NCBI RefSeq assembly: GCF_006345805.1
Contig: NC_043004.1
Span: forward strand, 59,210,001 to 59,274,000
DNA: 64,000 nucleotides
From: Octopus sinensis
Taxonomy: Eukaryota
Direction of reading: 5' to 3'
The position numbers were made by a program, and so were the translations under genes. Under the pieces are notes generated by a model. It saw only the letters and a list, made by a program, of their open reading frames with translations. It ran no database searches and was not told the origin of the DNA. Positions 1-13,910 of the stretch are shown piece by piece (the stretch's first letter is position 1; every line of letters begins with the position of its first letter).

Positions 1-325
1 AAGAAGAAAAAAGAAGAAGTGGAGGAAGAAAAAAGAAGAAGTGGAGGAGAAGTAGTAGAAGTAGAAGAAGAAGTAGAAGAAGAAGAGGAAGGAGGAGAAG
101 AAAAAGAAGAAGTAGAAGAAGAAAAAAGAAGAAGTGGAGGGGAAGTAGTAGAAGTAGAAGAAGAAGAAGAAGAAGAAGAGGAAGGAGGAGAAGAAAAAGA
201 AGAAGTAGAAGAAGAAAAAAGAAGAAGTGGAGGAGAAGTAGTAGAAGTAGAAGAAGAAGAAGAAAGAAGAAGAAGAAGAAGAAGAAGAAGAAAGAAGAAG
301 AAGAAGAAGAAGAAGAAGAAGAAGA
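1..325. repeat. GAA/GGA/GTA compound microsatellite with a 93-bp higher-order period
   Basis: ggaggagaagaaaaagaagaagtag recurs at 91 and 184; ORF 19..357 is its translation. Confidence 0.85.
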
Positions 326-1879
326 TAAAAACAGCAGTAACGGTGGCAGCGACATAAACCATGGTAGAGGCATCGGAAGAAGAAGAAGAACAACATCAAT
401 CCGGGCTGCGAATGGAATAGAGATAGCAGTAGTAGTAGCATGGGTGGCAGCGATGGAAGCAGCAGGAACAGCAGTAAGAATTCCCTGAGAGTAGCAGTAG
501 GAACTTTTTGCCCTCACACTGCATGATGAATCCTTAAAATTTGCGGATGCAATTAGATTTAAGGAAACGGAAGGGAGTAGGGCAGCGCTTTCCCTACTCT
601 TCCTGAAACTGTCACTGAAATTGATAAGAAAACCGCTAAATTTATATTCGTCAGCGTTCAAGGTAGGCGACTGGAAATTGTCACCAACACCCAAATTGAA
701 AGGGCCCTCCATGATATATACAGGACATTGGCCATGTCTAAGGGCAAAGAAATTCGCTTGGGGGCGAGGTCTTATTTGAGTCTGATGCTTTTGTAATCCA
801 ACACGAATTTGCCGCTTCCCATATTGATGATTTAGTTTCCTTCCTTATTTATGTAAAATCGGAGCGGAGAATATAGGCGACGGCAGGGTCTCATCAGGAT
901 TAGAACCATGGTGGTTACCTGCATCAAAGTGCAGGTAACCACCAAAGAACAAAGAAAAAAGCAGGTCACAACAAAAGCAGGAAAGAGGCAAGAAATGCTT
1001 CACCACTGCAAATATCATCACTGCTAAAACAAAAGAAAATATGAGATTGTGCAACAATAGGAACACTATTACCTGTAGCAGCAATGTAAGAAAGAGAGAA
1101 AAGATAATAAATTCGCGATCAACAACATCAGGAAAATTGACAACACCCGCAATTGCAGCAGAAACCTGGAAAATAGCAACAGCCGTAATACCAAAGCAGC
1201 TCCGTCCGTAGTAGCTACAGAGACTATGGACATTCATAAATAATCGCTGACCAGTTGACATTCCAGCCTTACTCTCCCTCCTCCTAACCATGTTTCCCCA
1301 CTACACACATGCAAAATCACAAATATAATCACCGGAGGAAACATTGCCTTTATTCCCATCCGAGGCTGAGTCTTCAGGCCAAACATCAAATGATGAGGAG
1401 GAGAGGCATAAGGAAAGAAAAAAAGGAAAAAATAATCAAAGCACAAAAGAAATTAAGAAGTTCAAAACAACACCAACGCAACATTGATCCTAAACAAACT
1501 AAAATCTTCAAAAACAAATACGATATGGCCGTGAGTACCACTCTAATAACAGCAATCAAAGGTCAACAATCAAAAGCAAAACAGCGTAATTGGTGCAGGC
1601 ATGGTTGTGGTGTAAGAAGCGCGCTTTGGATTCACGTGATCTTGGGTTCAGAGATGCAGCAGCGCAACTTGGGTAAGTTTCTTTTACCGTAGCCTCGGGG
1701 CGACCGAATCCTTATAAGTGATTCTGGTAAACGGAAATTGTGTGGGACTCCATCGTATATATGTACATCGTTGTCGTCGTCGGCGGCAGCGTTTTATCGT
1801 GAGTAGATAATTTATTTGGTTTCTTCTTGACCCCTTCTTCACTTCTGTCCGTGTTTATGCCTCTCATGACTAATGGGAC

Positions 1880-2520
1880 CGATTCTGCCAGGTGCTTAAA
1901 CAGAAGAGATTTGTTTAACAGAATCTACCATTTCCAGTATTTCAGCGTGCTGTGGAATAGATCTTATAACGTTATCATTAGTGCCTGAGGTTTCGAAGCG
2001 ATATTTCCATCGTTTCAAGATGTCAGATTTGACAGTTACCATTGTCTCTCTATTGGATGAAAAAATAGGAGTAACAACGTGTCCTTGAGGACCAAACAGT
2101 TTCTTGAGGCCATCATAAAAAGCTTTAGAATCCTTTCTGTTTACAACATCTTGGGGTTCAGTAGCCTTGGAAGACTGCCAAATCTCTTCATCTGTCTCAG
2201 AGCACGTTGGACCTGGCCTCAGCATTTCTTATAAGCATTTTCTTTTCTGGATGAGCTCTTATCATTTATCCATGTTTTATAAGAGCTATCCATTTTATCT
2301 ATCAACTGCTGGACTTCTATGTTGTTATCACTGAAGCAATCTCGATGTTTACGAACAGGAAGTCCAAGAAACTCTAGAGATGCAGAGTGCGTTGCAGTGC
2401 CTCCCAAGATGATTCCATGTCATTACTGATATCAATAGTGTTGAGTGCAGTGTCGAACTTGATAGACAGCTGAGCCTGCTTTTCTGCAGTTTTCAGAGGC
2501 AGGAATTAATGCACTTAGGC
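1880..2520 (-). mobile_element. RTE-clade LINE ORF remnant (region between endonuclease and RT)
   Basis: Peptides HRDCFSDNNIEVQQLI and RKDSKAFYDGLKKLFGPQ...ILKRWK match the RTE pattern HQDWFDEN / DSKAFY...ILARW; frameshifted. Confidence 0.8.
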
Positions 2521-2685
2521 ACTAGTGACTTTTGTAGTGTTGTTGTTTCAGATGGAACGCAGCCTTACTACGGAGAAGAGAATGCTCAGAGAGGTAGCAG
2601 GTGTAATGAAAGGAACGTGTAGCGTTAAAGTCTCTAATATCTTGCTTCTTAGTGATAACATAGTCTATAAGAGGCTAAGCCTTAC

Positions 2686-3563
2686 ATCTAGAATAAATCC
2701 AAGTCGTCCTGCAACAATTTGGATGTTGTAAAAAGGTATGTGATGCTTTAGACTGAATTCCTTGCAGATGGAGAGCACACATTTTGGAGGTGAGGCATTC
2801 ACAATCCCCTACATAATCTCTGAATTCATTTGATATATAAGAAAATGCCAAAATGTTTTACACTTTAGCGTAGGTTTTGATGAGGTAGGTATGCTCGAGT
2901 ATATCACGTCAGTGTCGGTTAACAAATGTATACATTTCATTTGCAGCGATGATGTTATAATTCTACAGTCCTAACATTTGGTTATAAATCATGTTTAAAA
3001 CTAAAGATAATTAACAGAGATGCTTTCGCTGTTGTTTGTTAATGTCTTATTTCTGACATTCTGTCCTTTCAACACCTGCATTATTTCATAATATTGGCTA
3101 TGCAGCCTTACAAAGATGTAGCTGCGGGTTGGACAAAGACACAATAATAATGGAATGAAAAAAACGGTTGGTGGGAGAAGCAGTCAACACCCGCCAGTTG
3201 CTGCTTATCAAAAACATTGTTCTTTTTTTTTTCGATAAAACAAGATGAGGTATTGAACCTCTTACAACAGTTCAAAGAATGGACTCAATTGTCCTTACAC
3301 ATTGAGGCGCTGAGCCTCTTACCAAAATATAAATGTTCAATTTCAAATCGAGGTATTAAGGCCTTTTATTTTTCTTCATCGACCAGGTAATATGCCTCCC
3401 GCAGGCAATCCTGCATTTCTTAGTCGGGGCCCCAGAAAGCATAACTGTATTGGTCCTTGCGAAAGGAAATCTAGTATAAATCCAAGTCGTCCTGCAATAA
3501 TTTGGATGTTGTAAAAAGGTATGTGATGCTTTAGACTGAATTCCTTGCAGATGGAGAGCACAC
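2686..3563. repeat. Insert bounded by 95-bp direct repeats (2686-2780, 3469-3563); core also present at 7188-7877
   Basis: Direct sequence comparison of the three segments. Confidence 0.85.
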
Positions 3564-3603
3564 GTAGCGGTCTACGTGTGCTCTCATTCGTGGTGTAGTT
3601 CAT

Positions 3604-4049
3604 TCAATCTAAACCATGGCAACCAAGTACACCCTGCCATGCCAACACGAGTGTTAAAGTCGCCAATAAGGATAAATTTATCCTTATGGTGACAACTGGA
3701 ACTGACATCGCGGAGTTGGTTGTAAAATTCATTCTTTCCCTGCTGACCGTGGTTGGAGCATAGCAGCTGACAAGCGTAACACGAGTGTTATGATCAAGTT
3801 CCAACGTTAGTGTCATGATGCGATCGAAAGTGCATTTGGGAAGAGAAAGAAGGAACCTATTTCTTTCTTGATGGCAAAACCAACACCATAGTGGCGCTGC
3901 TCGTCCCCATTTCTTTCACACCAGAAAAATACATATCCGCCTTTAATTTCTTCTAATTGTGATGATCCTGCAAGACGAGTTTCACTGAGTGTAGCTATTC
4001 TAATGTTGTATTTTTTATATATATACATATATTTATACGTCGTCTTCAA
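3604..4049 (-). mobile_element. RTE-clade LINE apurinic-like endonuclease (APE) remnant
   Basis: IATLSETRLAGSSQLEE..GYVFFW...GVGFAIK and LMTL...TLVSCYAPT are APE motifs typical of RTE elements. Confidence 0.85.
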
Positions 4050-4199
4050 TGGGCGAATCCATTTTATATATATATATATATAACTTTGATAGGTTTCGGC
4101 AAGTATAGGTCCAGGCCATGTCTAACTTAATAGCACCACCAGGTGTAGTCTTTTAGATCGTGAATCACACCTTAGTCATATATGGGACATTATATCTCA

Positions 4200-5050
4200 C
4201 TCTAGTAAAGAGTTATTATTGTTGGAGATATATCCGAGGGTAGGAGGTTTGTCCGGGAATTTTGGGAGAAATTTGTCCAGAGAACTTTTTTAGTATGTGG
4301 GATCTGTTTCCGTTTGATGTATTTTGGTAGAATATTAAAGAGAGCTGGACCAGGAAGTAAAGTAGTTGTGTCGTAATGTCAAGTGTCTTGAGTTCGATTT
4401 TTGTAGTAGGCGGATAGCACAGGGGACAAGTCTTTGGGTAGATTTTAAAATTGATACCAACATCATTTGTGCAATATTGATGGAATATTTTCTACATCAC
4501 ACAAATGATATAGCGCTCACGGCGGCGTTGGAAGGAATAGAGATTGAGTTTTTTTAGTCGATCCCTGTAATTATAGCATGTCATGCCGCCTATCTTTCTT
4601 GTTATTGACCTCTGGAATGCTTCCACTTTCATAATACTTTGCTTCGTGTGGGGAAACCACAGAGGGCAACAGTATTCAAGGTGAGATCGGGAAATAATTA
4701 GATTAGAGAAGGATGATGGTGTGAGCATCTTCAGACCAGAAAGATCTCCGAATCCAGGTGCACATCTCACGGGCTAAGTCAGTCCTATTGTTTACGTGGG
4801 AATTCAAGCTTAGATTGTTATCAACAATTACTCCTAAGCCACTGGTCTTCTTGGACAACCCTACGGAGTTACCCAAAGTAGATCAAATTAAACTTATTTT
4901 CATGTAGAAGCATATTGTTCATTCCCACCCATTGGACGACAGTAAACAGATCCGACTGAAGGCATGTTCTGCCTCCCATAGCATTTATGGCCTTCTGGAT
5001 CTTCGAATCGTCTGCAAAGATTTTCAATGTTTAGTGCCTGATATCGTCTA
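4200..5050 (-). mobile_element. CR1/L2-type LINE, 3' end of RT ORF
   Basis: RSHLEYCCPLWFPH...VEAFQRSITRKI..Y.DRLKKLNLYSFQRRRER is the characteristic CR1 C-terminal region. Confidence 0.85.
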
Positions 5051-5085
5051 CTATGTCATTGATGTAGATAATGAAGTATATATAT

Positions 5086-5165
<80 letters not shown>

Positions 5166-6011
5166 TATATATTATATATATATATATACATATAGATATA
5201 GATATATATGTACGTACGTGTGCATATATGTGTGTGTGTCTGTGTATATATATATAGATTGAGATAAAATGATGTATGAGCGAGGGAGCGAAACAGGAAA
5301 CGGCGTGGTGCACTGTTATCTTATGAAGTGCTGGAGCTGATTAAATGCTTGTTATTTCTTACATCATCCCTCTGTCTATTTGTACAGTTGTCACACTTAA
5401 CTTCTACTGATTGTTGAGGCATTAACCTGATTTCAGCCTCTCATTACATCCTAGTGCATAAATACTACAATGAAATAATATTTTATCTAATTATAAGACA
5501 ACATTTTGCTACTTGTATTTACTAATTACCGTAAAGTATAATTATCAAGTAGGGAGAAAAAAAATAGACGTTGTTTTTTACCAACCTAAAATTAATTATC
5601 TACTTAACAAATACCATCAAAGAAAATTGACACTACAATTTCCACAATTAAACGAGTGTTGAGTTCGGACATCTGCAGTAACTATTGTATTAATTTCCCC
5701 AGATAATTTGCCGTACCACAGCTATAATGAAACATGCAGCTCACAAATTCCACTAATCAGGTCCGTGTTTTTCTTGATCTTAGAAAATATAAGTACTGAT
5801 AAAATATAGTGCATCGTTCTCTAGACTACTGCTCATAAGAAGGAAGGTAATTACCTCCTAGTAATTTGAAGCGAGTTTAGAGATTTGAATTTCAAAGCAA
5901 GGAGTATGCAAAGTCATGAAGCGTTCACATATGTTAATATGTAATTTAATATTTTTCCTTAAAAGCTCTAACACGAAGTAGTTACAACCTTTGGTTTGAG
6001 GTAATCCTGTG

Positions 6012-6302
6012 TAGTGTGGGGGGCACATGCCCTAGTGGTTAGAGCAAAGGACTCGCGGGTTCTAATCTCAGACCTGTGTGATGTGTGTGTTTATGAGCGA
6101 AACATCTAAGCTATACGCAGCTCCGGCAGAAAGTAACGGCGAACTTCTGCTGACTCTTTCGCCACAACTTTCTCTCACTCTTTCCTCCTGCATCTTGCAG
6201 CTCACCTGCGACGGAACGGCGTCCCATCCAGGTGGGGAACCTATACGCCAAGGAAACCGGGAAACAGGCCCTACGAGCCAGGCGTGTCTCGAGAAGGAAC
6301 AA
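6012..6302 (+). mobile_element. tRNA-derived SINE family B (tail type 1)
   Basis: tagtggttagagc A-box-like head; core ccacaactttctctcactctttcctc; near-identical reverse copy at 53634-53903. Confidence 0.75.
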
Positions 6303-6404
6303 TCCTGTGTAGCACTATTCAATCCTTTCTAGAAATCTTCAGCATCAAGTAACCCGTAAACTTGCTAATCAGTTATTTAATGTACCGGGAAATTACTATT
6401 TTAA

Positions 6405-6732
6405 CCTTTTACTCTTAATTGCTTCAGTCATTTGGCTGCGGCCATGCTAGAGTACCATCTTAAAGGATTTTAGCCTCATACTTATTCTATCATTCTCTTT
6501 TGCAGAAACACACTAACATCGGTTGTCAAGGGATGGTGTGTGAAGGGAACACAAAGAAAAACACACACACATACACATATATACGACGGGCTTCTTTCAG
6601 TTTTCATCTGCCAAATCAACTCACAAAGCTTTGTTTGGGTCGAGGCTATAGTAGAAAATACCTGTCTTAGGTGCCACGCAGTTGGACCGAACGCGGAAGC
6701 ATGTGGTTGGGAAGCAAGCTTCTTACCACACG
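6405..6732 (-). mobile_element. SINE family A, decayed copy
   Basis: Matches family A blocks (gcggccatgct, acgacgggcttctttcagttt, ccaaatc.actcacaa). Confidence 0.75.
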
Positions 6733-6869
6733 TGTATTATATATTTTTAAAACAAACACTAGCAGCATATGTATAGAAATAAACTAGAAGGAACCATCAA
6801 TAACTCCGTATTGCTATATAGTATCCGTCTACCAAGATACGCCCCAGAAAACTCATAGAGAGAAATAGT

Positions 6870-7080
6870 TGAAACCGCTTCAAACATGGTCGCACCTCAA
6901 TGGAGAGCGAGGATTAGGCACGTCATTGAGAAGCCTAAAAGAGAAGTCGATTGAAATATTCGGCGAATAATCATGGAAAACCGTTGCGTAAGAACCAGGA
7001 TAATGCTTATGAAGTGGGAATATGCTCATGATCAGTGCGTTCAATTTTAACGGATTTGTGAATTCAGAGAATATGTACGA
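6870..7080 (+). mobile_element. mariner transposase HTH remnant
   Basis: Decayed RFKHGRTSME...IMENR..R..IAYEVGI..SVRSILTDL resembles the N-terminal half of the transposase at 22815. Confidence 0.5.
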
Positions 7081-7187
7081 ATACGTATACAAACATTTTT
7101 GAGCATGATGTTGATCTCGCTTAGTTCATGTTGTTGATTCCGTTCTAATATCCAGCTTTGCAAAATGTTTAGTAATGAGAATAAATC

Positions 7188-7877
7188 TTGGAGGTGAGGC
7201 ATCCACAATCCCCTACATAATCTCTGAAGTCATTTGATATACAAGAAAATGCCAAAACGTTTTACACTTTAGCGCAGGTTGTGATCAGGTAGGTATGCAC
7301 GTCAGTGTCGGTTAACAAATGTATACATTTCACTTGCAGCGATGATGTTATAATTCTACAGTCTTAACATTGGTTTATAAATCTTGTTTATAATCTTGTT
7401 TAAAACTGAAGATACTTAAAAGTAAAGATGCTTTCGCTGTTGTTTGTTAACGTCTTATTTCTGACATTCTGTCCTTTCAACACCTGCATTATTTCATAAT
7501 ATTGGCTATGCAGCCTTACAAAGATGTAGCTGCGGGTTGGACAATCATACAATGATAATGGAATGAAAAAAACGGTTGGTGGGAGAAGCAGTCAACACCC
7601 GCCAGTTGCTGCTTCTCAAAAACATTGTTCTCTTTTTTTTTTCAATAAAACAAGATGAGGTATTGAACCTCTTACAACAGTTCAAAGAATGGGCTCAATT
7701 GTCCTTACACATTGAGGCGCTGAGCCTCTTACCAAAATATAAATTTTCAATTTCAAATCGAGGTATTAAGGCCTTTTACTTTTCTTCCTCGACCAGGTAA
7801 TATGCCTCCCGCAGACAATCCTGCAGTTCTAAGTCGGGGCCCCAGAAAGCATAACTGTATTGGTCCTTGGGAAAGGA
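7188..7877. repeat. Second copy of the ~690-bp segment at 2784-3467
   Basis: Colinear high identity from ttggaggtgaggc to ggtccttg.gaaagga. Confidence 0.9.
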
Positions 7878-8094
7878 GTCCATCACTCTGAACATATTTC
7901 CCATTATGACCGCCGCAGTTACCTGCCGAGGCAAATCCGGGTCTTCAGTACAGGACGGGACCCCCGCTTTGGCACTCTCGCTTCTTCACAAAGCTCTGTG
8001 CAACCCCTCCCTTATGGAAGAAGATCACAAAATTCTCATCCATCATAATGGGAGGGGCCACAGTTTTCTCCGTCGGTGGCACGATTCCCACTAT

Positions 8095-8345
8095 CTAAGG
8101 ATTGTGATATCTGTTACTGGGGATGTGAAAAGTGAAATGGAAAAACTGTCAAAGTTCAATAATCTTGAAATGGAAGTAAACAAGATGTGGGACATGAATG
8201 TGAAAAAAGAGCCAATTCATAATCGGTATATTGGCTATGATAACAAAATATGACGGAAAACAGAAGTCACAGCATTGTTCGCAAACATTATACACAGTTC
8301 AAGTGATAGTTCTGCTGAGAACATCCTAGATCTTGCGCAAGAGCT
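8095..8345 (+). mobile_element. Old R4/Dong-like LINE 3' remnant
   Basis: EMEKLSKFNNLEMEVNKMWDMN parallels EMEKLSKYKDLEIEVTRMWNLK of the young copies. Confidence 0.65.
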
Positions 8346-8576
8346 TTTTGATTCAATGCAGCAGCTCAACTACAACAATTTTCACTCACGTAACAGACCA
8401 CTGGTAACAGAAAAAGAAAGATATATCATTTGATAAAAATGGAGCAAGACGATTCCGTACAGTAAGATAAGGCGACCATACTCACCCTAAATCAAACCAA
8501 AATAATACTACACTCTACGCACATCACAGTGTTCACTTACTTTACAGCAGAAAGTCGTATGGAACCGTGCCGCCGT

Positions 8577-10632
<2,056 letters not shown>

Positions 10633-10654
10633 AATAATAATAATAATAATAATG

Positions 10655-10688
<34 letters not shown>

Positions 10689-10740
10689 TAATGATGATGA
10701 TGATGATGATAATAATAATAATAATAATGATAATAATAAT

Positions 10741-10936
10741 CCTTTCTACTATAGGCACAAGGCCTGAATTTTGGGGGAGGTGTTAAATCGATTACATCGA
10801 CCAGAGTACTCAACTGGTACTTAATTTATCGACGCCGAAAGGATAAAAGGCGGAATTTGAACTCTGGACGCATCGACGGGCGAAACATCGCTAGGCATTT
10901 CATCCAGAGCGCTAAAGATTTTGCCAGCTCGCAGCC
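10741..10936 (-). mobile_element. tRNA-derived SINE family C
   Basis: Blocks ggtacttaatttatcgac..cgaaaggat.aaagg and ggaatttgaactc shared with more than 10 copies in the window. Confidence 0.75.
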
Positions 10937-10967
10937 TTTTAATAATGATATAATTATTAGTATTATT

Positions 10968-11061
<94 letters not shown>

Positions 11062-11069
11062 GCCCAAAT

Positions 11070-11482
11070 AGACGCAGGAGTGGCTGTGTGGTAAGTAATT
11101 TGCTTACGAACCACATGGTTCCGGGTTCAGTCCCACTGCGTGGCATCTTGGGCAAGTGTCTTCTACTATAGCCTCGGGCCGACCAAAGCCTTGTGAGTGG
11201 ATTTGGTAGACGGAAACTGAAAGAAGCCCGTCGTATATATGTATATTTATATATATGTGTGTGTGTGCGTGTGTCTGTGTTTGTCCCCCTAGCATTGCTT
11301 GACAACCGATGCAGGTGTGTTTATATCCCCGTCACTTAGCGGTTCGGCAAAAAAGACCGATAGAATAAGTACTAGGCTTACAAAGAATAAGTCCCGGGGT
11401 CAATTTGCTCGACTAAAGGCGGTGCTACAGTATGGCCGCAGTAAAATGACTGAAGCAAGTAAAAGAGTAAAAGAGTAAAGAG
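11070..11482 (+). mobile_element. SINE family A (tRNA head, internal TA/TG microsatellite, gtaaaaga tail)
   Basis: tggctgtgtggtaag A-box-like, gggttcagtccc B-box-like; many copies in the window. Confidence 0.85.
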
Positions 11483-11593
11483 TAACTACTGAATAGCATT
11501 TCAACCTACGCACAAACTACAAGAAACTCAAAATAGAGTAGCACATTAATTATCTTCAAAGAAAAGTATTTCATCTTTATGCAACAATAAATT

Positions 11594-11663
<70 letters not shown>

Positions 11664-11732
11664 TATTGTCGTTTTGTTTACCATGTAGGCAGTCATCGAA
11701 ATTTTTGTTTGTCTTGTTGCCGAGAGAGGCTG

Positions 11733-11787
11733 CCTTTCTTTCCTGATGAAACCATGTGGTCTTCGAAACATATGTCGAGAGTAAAGG
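11733..11787 (+). ncRNA. Type I hammerhead ribozyme motif (family H1)
   Basis: cctttctttc-CTGATGA-a-acc(atgt)ggt-cttc-GAAA-catatg-TC-gagagtaaagg; stem I 10 bp with one bulge; stem III palindrome ACATATGT; GUC triplet, predicted cut after 11776. Confidence 0.75.
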
Positions 11788-13114
11788 AATTTTGTTAACA
11801 TCTTCGTTCGACTCCATTCTTTCATTTATTCATATATATATATAGATTGGACGCTTCTTTCCTGAGCGTCCAATAATATTATACTTGTTCCACGTCCTCG
11901 CGTTGTTGTGTTTTCTCTTTGTGTTTTCATGTTTGGATTAACTATATATATATATGAGTTTGAAAGACAAAATTTTTATATTTCCAAGTAAATTTAACGT
12001 TGTGAATTAACGAAATATTCCTAAATGAGGATAATGAAAGACTACTGTTTGTATATTATTTAGAATTATATATAATCGAAATAAAACGAACTTTTGTTCG
12101 GAAAGTGTAAATTTGAGAAAGCAAACTGTATGTATGATAAGCAGTTTTACATGGATGTCATTGGAATCACTCAGAGCGATAGCACTACACACAATGAAAG
12201 GAATAGAAGAAAAAGTAAAAATGACTTATTATGGAAGTATTTCAGAAGAGAATATATAGAACATCTTAGGGTAATAACAAAAAAAAAATTATCATTATTG
12301 ATGTATAATCCATAAAAATATAGTATTACGGATTAAACACATTTTGTTCTGTTTTCAAACATTACTTTGAAAGTCTGTTACACGGCAACTTGGTAATATA
12401 TGGAAGATAGACACTGTCGCAAGTGATAAAATCAATGTGATTTACAATCGTTCACCAAAGGAAATATGGCATATATTAAAACCATGCAAAGCAATGATAT
12501 TTATTTCTAGTAGAGAAAATGTTCTTCTTTATAATGTATTTCTGCAGAAGTAAATATAATGTTACATAAAATATTAAAATATGTTATGATATAAATTTAT
12601 ATTTTTCGTCAAGATTATACTCAACACTGAAAGCAGTAAATGTCATTCTGTTTTAATGTATATATTACAATGGAGTAGTTGAATACTCACATATACATAT
12701 ATATATATATATATATACGTACATGCATTCAAACATCAATATGTGTATTCACATAATTATGTATGTATGATGACAAAGCCCTTAGCCGTCATTCGCAAGT
12801 GAATATGGTCTGGGAGCCTGTACCTTATATCGAGATTACATTAGTTATTTCAGGTTTCTACTAGGTGTCAGCAAAGATATTCACGTTCTTAACCTTTTCT
12901 CTCAACGAAACACCTTGAATATGACAGACGGAGAGAGCTTTCATCGGTAGTCAACTGGTACTCATATGAAGTACCTTTAGAAAGGCACAATCTATCCTTC
13001 GGTCCAACACTAGGGCATGTATATATACATATGCCTAAATATATATGCAATTACATACATATATAGACGCACACGCACACTCACACGAATAGTTCATAAA
13101 ACATTATCAGATAT

Positions 13115-13470
13115 ATGGAAGCACTCCGTCGGTTACGACAACGAGGGTTCCGGTTGATCCGATCAACGGAACAGCCTGCTCGTGAAATTAACGTGTACCC
13201 TTAACGTAGTTCTCGGGGATATTCAGCGTGATACAGAGAGTGACAAGGCCGGCCCTTTGAAATACAGGTACAACAGAAACAGGAAGTAAGAGTGAGAGAA
13301 AGTTGTGGTGAAAGAGTACAGCAGGGATCACCACCATCCCTGCCGGAGCCTCGTGGAGCTTTAGGTGTTTTCGCTCAATAAACACTCACAACGCCCGGTC
13401 TGGGAATCGAAACCGCGACCCTACGACCGCGAGTCCGCTGCCCTAACCACTGCGCCATTGCGCCTCCACA
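13115..13470 (-). mobile_element. SINE family B (tail type 2), full length
   Basis: Head ggcgcaatggcgcagtggttagggcagcggactcgcgg...ggtttcgattcccagacc (tRNA-like), shared core, distinct tail. Confidence 0.8.
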
Positions 13471-13659
13471 TCAGATATATATAAGTGTATCAAATATTCT
13501 TTTTATTAAAGCCAAACAATTCAAGTCATAAGAAATGTTTAGTACTAGTACCTGTTATTTCAAAGTTTCAGGGTTAGGAATGCTAATGCATCTTCTGTCA
13601 AAAAACAACTAGAGAAATCCTACTCCAATTTTTCCATTGAAGTTAAACAAAGAAACTGG

Positions 13660-13910
13660 TCTGGCAATGTTACAGAGGAGCTTTACTGGTTCGAGATAAG
13701 CCCTTTAGACATGGGTCTGCGCATTCGCCGGTTTGCGCACGATGTGAGCAGGACAGTGAAACTGTCCTGCACGCAATTGTGCAATGCCCCAAGTTGACAG
13801 AGCTCTGGGCTTATGTCGAACACCTGCTGTCGCATTCGAGAAGAGTACAACTGTCGAGCGAATCTGTAATTATGATCGTTCTGCCGACCTCCCTGAATAG
13901 GGAGGAGCAA
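13660..13910 (+). mobile_element. L1/Tx1-type LINE ORF2 C-terminal zinc knuckle remnant
   Basis: + strand reads LVRDK...CARCEQDSETVLHAIVQCPKLTELW, a C-x2-C...H-x4-C motif. Confidence 0.7.

Noticed and set aside
845-1291. Hydrophobic 148-aa ORF as a GPCR or membrane protein
   Set aside because: No family motif recognised; T-richness is explained by an A-rich opposite strand.
3554-3585. Hairpin as a Helitron 3' end or intrinsic terminator
   Set aside because: No CTRR within the expected distance and no T-tract; eukaryotic DNA.
12094-12315. LWKYFRREYIEHLR as a BEL/Pao integrase tail
   Set aside because: Single short resemblance; no other LTR-element motif nearby.
13395-13470. tRNA gene at the SINE B head (and at 32870-32935)
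   Set aside because: No complete acceptor stem; continues into a multicopy SINE body or is 5'-truncated.
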